Position numbers and translations under genes: made by a program. DNA of 64,000 bases, taken from IMG/VR virus record IMGVR_UViG_3300012012_002042, one strand, 5' to 3'. Shown piece by piece: positions 44,344 through 51,163 of the stretch (within the stretch, counting starts at the first letter, position 1; every line of letters begins with the position of its first letter). The notes beneath the pieces are model-generated. The model saw nothing but the letters and a program-made list of their open reading frames with translations, was not told where the DNA came from and searched no databases. This DNA comes from an uncultured virus (IMG/VR IMGVR_UViG_3300012012_002042) (lineage: Duplodnaviria; Heunggongvirae; Uroviricota; Caudoviricetes).

Positions 44344-44838
44344 ATGGCTGCCACCCTCATCTCACCCGAAAAATTGTCCACATTACTGCCAGGAGCTCTG
44401 GCCGTGGTGGACGAGGCAATCGCCGCTGTCAAGCAGGCGAACAAGGAACGGGATTTCGCGGTGGTGGCGCAGCGCAATGCGGAGGCGAATCTGGAATTGG
44501 TCAAGGTGGCCAGTGCTAAGAAAACTGAGGCGCCGATTTATTCGGACGAGGATATTACGGCGACCGTCGAGGCTGCTGTTGAAGCCAACTTCTGTCCCGC
44601 CGAACTGGCCACGAAATTCGCCTCAGATCTCCGCTCCGATCCGAAGATCGCCCTCGCTTCAATCCGGCGTTACTGCCAGATTTCACCAATTTCGACATCA
44701 GCCCACCGAGTGGGAACTGGTGTGCCGAAACGCGCATACTTGTCCAGCCCTGGAGCTGTGACGAATAGCAATGATCCCGACTCCCCCTCGGAGGAAGAGA
44801 TCGCTGCCGTCCGTCGAATCCAGGCCGAGCGTGCGTGA
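44344..44838 (+). CDS. scaffold-like coiled-coil protein
   Basis: Position in the head operon; VKVAS and TKFAS motifs. Confidence 0.55.
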   Translation: MAATLISPEKLSTLLPGALAVVDEAIAAVKQANKERDFAVVAQRNAEANLELVKVASAKKTEAPIYSDEDITATVEAAVEANFCPAELATKFASDLRSDPKIALASIRRYCQISPISTSAHRVGTGVPKRAYLSSPGAVTNSNDPDSPSEEEIAAVRRIQAERA

Positions 44839-44866
44839 GTAATCAGCAAGAAAAAAGAACAACACC

Positions 44867-45571
44867 ATGAACATTGGAACGATCCAGCGCGCGAAAGCCG
44901 CCCTCGTCGTCCTGCGTGGCTGGGACCCTAACGGTACCAGCAATGGCGAGACGGTTGCTCCGATTCGTGCTGGTCATCAAATCATGTCCGGGATGCTCTG
45001 CTCGCTTCTCTGGAACTCCGCCCTCGGTTACGAAGACTTCGTAATCGGCTGGAGCCCAGTCGCGACGGCCATCACCGCAGCCAGCACCGCCAACGCGGCG
45101 TCGGCAGCGGATTGGACGTATGACGTGAATGCGACTCCGCATTTCGCGAAGTACGACTACAACGACACGATGATCACCAGTTCGGGTCTGTTTTCGGCGC
45201 TCTCATGCGCTGACAACTACGAACTTCAGACGGCCTACTTCCGTCACTCGAGTGCAGCCGGCGGCGCGACCGTCGCAGGCACTGCTCCCACCGGCGCCAC
45301 CATCGCCACGACCTACGCTGCAAACGCCTGGCTCACGGGCGACATCAGCAACGCGGGTCTTGGTTACGTGATTCCGGTTGCGAGTGGCACCTGCACCGTC
45401 CTCGGCAAGATCTCGAAATTCGCAGGCCCGATCGATGTCGGTCCGTCCAATACCACTCCCGGTATCGGCCGCACCAATTCGAACGTCGCGCCTGACGCCA
45501 ACGGGGAAGTCCTGGTGCTCCAGCTCCAGACCAACTACCAGAAGAACCTCCGCACCACGACCGACGTCTAA
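44867..45571 (+). CDS. putative head decoration protein
   Basis: Directly upstream of the capsid gene; Ala/Thr/Gly-rich; YELQTAYF...YAANAWLT. Confidence 0.55.
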   Translation: MNIGTIQRAKAALVVLRGWDPNGTSNGETVAPIRAGHQIMSGMLCSLLWNSALGYEDFVIGWSPVATAITAASTANAASAADWTYDVNATPHFAKYDYNDTMITSSGLFSALSCADNYELQTAYFRHSSAAGGATVAGTAPTGATIATTYAANAWLTGDISNAGLGYVIPVASGTCTVLGKISKFAGPIDVGPSNTTPGIGRTNSNVAPDANGEVLVLQLQTNYQKNLRTTTDV

Positions 45572-45580
45572 TCCAAATCC

Positions 45581-46543
45581 ATGAATACCAAAAACAATCC
45601 TGATCAGCAGGAAATGTCGCCGGAAATCCTGGACCAGGAATTCCTCACAGCTCTCCAGGACGCAATGCCTGGCGATATGTGCAAGAACGCGTCGGCCATC
45701 GGTCAAGGTCTCATCAAACGCAAGATCCGCGAGTCGGGCGTCCAACGGAAGGTTCAGCCTTTCAAGGACGTCAAGCCCGAGGACCTCACGTACAACGGCA
45801 ACGAGTCGCAGTATATCCGCGAGGAAATGGAACCCGAGCAGGAAGCTGCTGTCTGTCTGAATTACAATGATTCGGCGGACACGGCGTTCTACCGCGGCGA
45901 CTACTTCGACACGAACTTCTACCGGATCTCCTCACGGAAATTCACGAAGAACGTGTGGCAGCTCTCGACCTACAAAAACAACCTCCGTGAAATGGTCATG
46001 GGCAATATGCTCAAAGACATGCACACTGCGGAGGACGTTCAGTGGTTCAAGGGTCTCGACCAGATCGTTGGTTCGCCCGTCGGTGTTGGCGCTTCCGGCG
46101 TCAAGCAGAACTTCGAAATTGTCGGCCGCATCAGCCGAGCGAATTACGCGGATAATCTCCGCCATTTGCTCGACCGCGACCTGAATAATTCCGTGTTTTG
46201 TACGAACAGAACAACCCCAATTGAGTTCCTGAAATGGTATCGCGACGAAGTCGGCGGTGACAAATGTCAGGACCTCCTCATTGAGGGTCTCGAAGCACTC
46301 ACGGAATACAAGTTCTTCAACATCCCGCACATCGCGACGATCAAGAAGACACTCGTGCCCGACAACGTCATCTACAAATTCGCCGAGCCCGATTATCTCG
46401 GTCGTGCCTATCGCTTGCAGGACATCAAGACCTACATCAAGCGCGAGGAGCACACGATCACGATGCATGCCGACGAATTCATCGGGGTTTCGATCCCGAA
46501 CGTGAATGCCGTTCAGCGGAGCAAGCACATCATCGCTCCGTAA
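45581..46543 (+). CDS. major capsid protein
   Basis: Size and position after protease/scaffold/decoration genes; RKIRESG, KFTKNVWQL, KDMHTAED; followed by a strong terminator. Confidence 0.75.
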   Translation: MNTKNNPDQQEMSPEILDQEFLTALQDAMPGDMCKNASAIGQGLIKRKIRESGVQRKVQPFKDVKPEDLTYNGNESQYIREEMEPEQEAAVCLNYNDSADTAFYRGDYFDTNFYRISSRKFTKNVWQLSTYKNNLREMVMGNMLKDMHTAEDVQWFKGLDQIVGSPVGVGASGVKQNFEIVGRISRANYADNLRHLLDRDLNNSVFCTNRTTPIEFLKWYRDEVGGDKCQDLLIEGLEALTEYKFFNIPHIATIKKTLVPDNVIYKFAEPDYLGRAYRLQDIKTYIKREEHTITMHADEFIGVSIPNVNAVQRSKHIIAP

Positions 46544-46567
46544 CGAATCGCGACTTCGATTAATCAC

Positions 46568-46608
46568 GACCGGGCCACTGGAGAAATCTGGTGGCCCGGT
46601 TTGTTTTT
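46568..46608 (+). terminator. intrinsic terminator after the capsid gene
   Basis: GACCGGGCCACTGGA-GAAA-TCTGGTGGCCCGGTT followed by TGTTTTT. Confidence 0.9.
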
Positions 46609-46713
46609 ACGGGACAAATAATTCCGAATCATTTAAGGTGGTGTTTGTGACTTCACTGTTTCGTCCATTTGTAAAAAACGCCATTTGAAAGTGCCATTGT
46701 GAAAAACAATTTT

Positions 46714-47961
46714 ATGAAATCTACCGACCCAATCTTCATCGAAGAATTTGTGAAACAATGCTGCATCGCCGGCCTGTCGCTGGAGACGACCGCGGCGCTG
46801 CTCGACAATGCTCAGCAGAAAGAAATGTCCGAGGATCCCGTATATCGTGATCAGTTCGAGAAATCCGCCATGCTCGAGACAATCGCCAAAGTTGGGCCGA
46901 AGGCTCTCGAAGGTGGCAAACAGATTTCCCGAATGCTGATTGAAGCCGGCGAGAAAATCCTCGGCACAAATACCGCCCAGCGCGCCCTCGGACATGTTGC
47001 AACGATGGAAATGGACAAGGCTGCCTTTGTGAAAAATGCCGGACCATTCGGCATCATCGGAAAAGGTGTGGACTGGCTGGGATCCAAAGTGCTCGGCGGC
47101 CTCAGCAAAGGTGTCACCAAAGGAGTTCCGGCTGTTGCCGGAGCCGCAGGCCTAGGTATCATGTCGGGTATCAAGAGGATTCCGGGAGTCGCGAAAGCCT
47201 TGTTCGGCTCAATCCCTCGTGCCGCGACCACTGCGGCCGTTGGAACAGGGGCTGGCATGTGGTTGAACAAACTGCACAATGACGCCGAAATTGGTAATGC
47301 GCTGCGCGCACTGCCGAACGGCATTCTCGGAGGTTCCTCGGGCTCGTCGTATGATGGTGGCGGCGGCGGTGGCGGGGCCAGCAGCCCCTTCGACTACATC
47401 AACCGGACATATTCCGGCGCGTCTGGTGCTGATATTTCCGGCGGTGGGAGTGGTGGTGGAAGTTCCGGAGGTGGCGTGAGGTCGCACACTGGCGTGACGC
47501 AGTTAAAGCATCTGCAAGGGCAGCAACAGAGTGTGATGAAACTGAAAGCCGATACTGCGCGGCAATTGCAGGACGCCAGACAGAGCGGCAATCATTCTTT
47601 GGTCCCGGGACTCCAGACGCGTCTGAAAGAATTGGACGTGGAGGGTAACGGATACGCAGGGCAGATGAGCAGGCTCACGCAGAATCTGAAATCGGATCAG
47701 GAGAACCTGCATAGAGCAGCGCGCGACGGTTTGGGCTCAGTGAATCGAGTGCGTCCAAGGTTCGAGAGCGACTTCGACAGGCTCACGAAGCTCCGCGAGG
47801 GTCCGTCCACGATCGGCAATTTCCTTCCGCGCCTGATCCATGGCGGGGACAACAGAATCCAGCAGAAGCAGCAAACGGCTGCGGACATGATTGAACGCTT
47901 GAATTCCCAGCAGAAGCTTCTGGAGCAGGCAAGGAACACCAACTACGCACCCATCGAGTAA
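46714..47961 (+). CDS. putative internal virion protein (Gly-rich, coiled coil)
   Basis: FEKSA and FVKNA motifs, amphipathic Gly-rich middle region. Confidence 0.65.
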   Translation: MKSTDPIFIEEFVKQCCIAGLSLETTAALLDNAQQKEMSEDPVYRDQFEKSAMLETIAKVGPKALEGGKQISRMLIEAGEKILGTNTAQRALGHVATMEMDKAAFVKNAGPFGIIGKGVDWLGSKVLGGLSKGVTKGVPAVAGAAGLGIMSGIKRIPGVAKALFGSIPRAATTAAVGTGAGMWLNKLHNDAEIGNALRALPNGILGGSSGSSYDGGGGGGGASSPFDYINRTYSGASGADISGGGSGGGSSGGGVRSHTGVTQLKHLQGQQQSVMKLKADTARQLQDARQSGNHSLVPGLQTRLKELDVEGNGYAGQMSRLTQNLKSDQENLHRAARDGLGSVNRVRPRFESDFDRLTKLREGPSTIGNFLPRLIHGGDNRIQQKQQTAADMIERLNSQQKLLEQARNTNYAPIE

Positions 47962-48693
47962 ATGGTTTTCACCGGATCCATTCAGTTGAAGGCGGGGGAA
48001 TTGAAAGGCGACGCCAAATTCCCGACCAAGCTGGCCTCGGCCCCTACCATGGTAATTCCTGCCGTGGAGAACCTGACCGACGCCAGGCAGTTCGTGTTCA
48101 CCATCAGTGCCTGGATCTCCGGCGTCACAGCGGAGGGATTTTCCTACAAGCTGGACATGGCTCCGAACTCCCCGAATTACGTCCTCGCCTATGTGGCCGG
48201 CGATCCGGGAATATTCCGGAGCGTGGCATTGCAGAGCGCAGCCTTGGCAGGACGGGTGACGGCTTTCAATTCCCAATCGCTGACGGAATGGGATGTTCGC
48301 CAATACATCGCGGACACTGAGCTGCAGCGGGAGAACCGTGGCGGGGCAGATCTGGATTTCGCCCCGAGTGAGATTGTGGCGGCGATGCGCTCGGCAGCTC
48401 GGGAATATAATGGCACACCTCCGTATGTGAAGACGGCGGACCCGAATTGTCTGCAGAAGTCAGACAATATGTTCCTGGATGGTACTGCATACTTTCTCTA
48501 CCTGCAAAAGCTGCAGGATGAAATGCGTCACGATGTGGCTTACAAGGCGGGGAACGTGGATGTCAGCGTCAGCGCCACGAAGGTCGCGCATTTCATGGCG
48601 ATTGCGAAATTCTTCGGGGATCGGTTCAGGGAAACGGTGAAGGCTGAGAAACGAATTGCCAACGTCCGCAGGGGATGGGGACGTGTTGGATGA
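47962..48693 (+). CDS. putative head-tail adaptor with an N-terminal lectin-like domain
   Basis: Position; VRQYIAD..EN....F...EI......YN.TPP....Y.AG.V.VS adaptor-like pattern. Confidence 0.55.
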   Translation: MVFTGSIQLKAGELKGDAKFPTKLASAPTMVIPAVENLTDARQFVFTISAWISGVTAEGFSYKLDMAPNSPNYVLAYVAGDPGIFRSVALQSAALAGRVTAFNSQSLTEWDVRQYIADTELQRENRGGADLDFAPSEIVAAMRSAAREYNGTPPYVKTADPNCLQKSDNMFLDGTAYFLYLQKLQDEMRHDVAYKAGNVDVSVSATKVAHFMAIAKFFGDRFRETVKAEKRIANVRRGWGRVG

Positions 48694-48696
48694 TTT

Positions 48697-49635
48697 ATGA
48701 ATGCGAATACCGAATTAGCGTTTCATATCCTGGCAGCGGTCGACATGGTGAAGCGCGCAGACACACGCCACGGTAGGGAATACGCAAGGATGCTGAGCGA
48801 CCCTACGGCATTCAGTTCAGACAGTCGTAGAATTTTGGAGTTTCTGAACACCGAGGCTCGACGTGGTCAATCCGGCACAGGGGAAATTTTTAAGGGACGG
48901 GAGATGCGTTCTCTCGGTCAATCTCTGCTTAGTTATCCTGAAAGATACGCGGTGACACCAATGACTCCGATGCTGGCTGCTGATCGCTTGCAGGACATAA
49001 AGACGATGACGTCTGGGCGGCATTTGGCCTTGCCGCATGAGTATGTAATTCCAGCAGGTGTAAATGCTGAAGTCACGGGAAGGATCAATCCTCCGAACTC
49101 CGGTTCTATTTTTAGAGGCGGGGATATTTTACCAGACCAGGTCCAGTTCTTCTCGAAGCATCCTGATGTGGCTGCAAACTACGCGATGGGTCGTCGCGGC
49201 GATGTAACGTCTGGTCGAACCAACCGACAACTGCACGCGGAGCAGCGCCCGTTTAATGCTTACAAGGCGGATTCGTTCGATACCCTGCGTACGCAGTCAA
49301 CAGGCGGTCCGGAAGGTCCTGCGGCGGTAAACGTAAATCGTGAAATACCCGCGGCTCGGTATCCAGGCTCCAAGAGCATGGTGCAAACATTTGGATCGGT
49401 GAACCCGAGTTACGAAACGACGGCGCATGTGTCGCCGACAAATACGCCCAAGTGGCTGGGACAATACGGAGCGCGGCATGTTCGGGCGGCGGATGGTATG
49501 CCCGCCCTCGCTTTATCAAGAGTCTCCGGGGCCTCAATACCCAAAGCATTCGGTCCACACTTGATTCAGTCTCCCAGTTTTGGAACCCGCGTGCTGTCAG
49601 GGTTGAAGAATCTCCGAAAATTAATCAGACTGTGA
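48697..49635 (+). CDS. putative ADP-ribosyltransferase-fold virion cargo protein
   Basis: 21-aa leader MNANTELAFHILAAVDMVKRA; IFRG ... FFSKHPDVAANYA ... YE. Confidence 0.55.
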   Translation: MNANTELAFHILAAVDMVKRADTRHGREYARMLSDPTAFSSDSRRILEFLNTEARRGQSGTGEIFKGREMRSLGQSLLSYPERYAVTPMTPMLAADRLQDIKTMTSGRHLALPHEYVIPAGVNAEVTGRINPPNSGSIFRGGDILPDQVQFFSKHPDVAANYAMGRRGDVTSGRTNRQLHAEQRPFNAYKADSFDTLRTQSTGGPEGPAAVNVNREIPAARYPGSKSMVQTFGSVNPSYETTAHVSPTNTPKWLGQYGARHVRAADGMPALALSRVSGASIPKAFGPHLIQSPSFGTRVLSGLKNLRKLIRL

Positions 49636-50453
49636 GCAACGCTTTCTCACAAATCCAAATCCAACCCGCCTACGGCAAGGGTCAGACCGCGCTCACGTGG
49701 AATCTGAACCCTGGATTCAAGGACGGCCACATTTTCATTTACCGCTCCGTCAATGGTGGCCTCCCACCGTGGGACTTGATCAACGAGGTCGGGGTTCCTG
49801 GAGCGGCTGGATATTACGTGGATGACATCCGCGCTGAGAAGAGTTCTTCCGTGGCGAATCTCCATTACCGGATGGCTCTGCAGATGCCAGACGGCACGGT
49901 GCATGATTCTCCCGTGGTGAATCCATTCAGCCGGATCACGAAAAAAGAATACGGTATTCTCATCGACATGATGTGGAATGAGATCCGATCCCTACGTGCC
50001 GGCAACGGTGTTCCGATTTACATCTTTGCACCTTTGCTGGGAGGAGTTCCGTCCGCAGGATTTGACCCGGTGACCAACCAGATGCATTCCACCGGCTCGG
50101 ACAGTTTCGGGCAGGCCTACCAGGGAGGCTTCGGACGTCCAGCGTTGACCTGGATGCACAAATTCGGGGAATTGGATATGCGTCAGAGCCCGAGTGAGGA
50201 TGGGCATGGTAATTCTGTGGGTCAGGCGGCGAATGCGCGGTTGTTGGCATATCCTCGGCCGGCAGTGCGTTTCATGGTGGTGCAGCCAATTTCTGATGAG
50301 CGTTACGAGATTGGGCCGGTGATCAAGCCGTTGTTGTTCCGGGGAATTGTGCCGGTTGGATACGAGGTGCAATTGCTGCCGCTGCCGCGGTCGCATGAGG
50401 CGTATAATTTGCCGGTGCCGCCGGTGCCGGATGAAATGTTCCAGACGCTATGA
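49632..50453 (+). CDS. putative neck / head-closure protein
   Basis: GTGA overlap start; FN3-like N-terminus (LTW...IYRS), SFGQAYQGGF..P. Confidence 0.55.
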   Translation: MSNAFSQIQIQPAYGKGQTALTWNLNPGFKDGHIFIYRSVNGGLPPWDLINEVGVPGAAGYYVDDIRAEKSSSVANLHYRMALQMPDGTVHDSPVVNPFSRITKKEYGILIDMMWNEIRSLRAGNGVPIYIFAPLLGGVPSAGFDPVTNQMHSTGSDSFGQAYQGGFGRPALTWMHKFGELDMRQSPSEDGHGNSVGQAANARLLAYPRPAVRFMVVQPISDERYEIGPVIKPLLFRGIVPVGYEVQLLPLPRSHEAYNLPVPPVPDEMFQTL

Positions 50454-51124
50454 ACCTCACCAACGTCACCAGTGCCGAGAAGTCTGTTTGGGGAGCGCTA
50501 AACGCAATTCCCAACACGACGAACATGCGCAAGCTGTTCCTCATCTTGACACGCGCCCATTTCGCCGACGACCATAATTTCGGCCCGCTCCGGGACGTCC
50601 TCTCCGGACTGATCTGGACCGATGACCCGAAGACGCGGAAGATCAAAATCGAATTGCAGCACCAATATAATGTCGGGCCAATTCAGGATTTCCTGCCGTG
50701 CATTTCCGTCGGGGTCGGGAAGACCACCATGGAAGAGGAAGTGATAGGGAATTACGCCGGACACAACGCGGATAATTCCGTGGAATATAAAGTCGTGGAG
50801 GCGACCACACCATTGCAATGGGTTTCCTACGCCACTGAGGATGATCTGTGTTCGAATTTGGCGGAAACTCTGTTCTCATTTTTCAGCGCCATCCGGAGAA
50901 TGCTGATTGACCAGGTAGGTCTCCGGCATTTCCACATGAACGAAATCGACATGCCCGTGCGAATCTCGCCGCCGGACAAGATCCCATACTTCAGAGTGGA
51001 TTTGCGCGGCATCATGAAATACAATCACGTCATTGCACTGCACACCGAGAGTCATCGCCTGAAGAAAGTGGTCTTGGAACAAACGGCAGAGCAGAGCTCG
51101 GAGACCCCGATAGTCGCATCTTGA
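50450..51124 (+). CDS. putative tail terminator / completion protein
   Basis: Directly before the sheath gene; LPCISV and helix LAETLF pattern. Confidence 0.55.
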   Translation: MNLTNVTSAEKSVWGALNAIPNTTNMRKLFLILTRAHFADDHNFGPLRDVLSGLIWTDDPKTRKIKIELQHQYNVGPIQDFLPCISVGVGKTTMEEEVIGNYAGHNADNSVEYKVVEATTPLQWVSYATEDDLCSNLAETLFSFFSAIRRMLIDQVGLRHFHMNEIDMPVRISPPDKIPYFRVDLRGIMKYNHVIALHTESHRLKKVVLEQTAEQSSETPIVAS

Positions 51125-51149
51125 CCTTTCGCAAAAAAAATCGTTTAAT
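51121..51149 (+). promoter_or_regulatory. sigma70-like promoter of the tail operon
   Basis: TTGACC-17 nt-TTTAAT. Confidence 0.55.
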
Positions 51150-51163
51150 CCAAATCGCACGCC

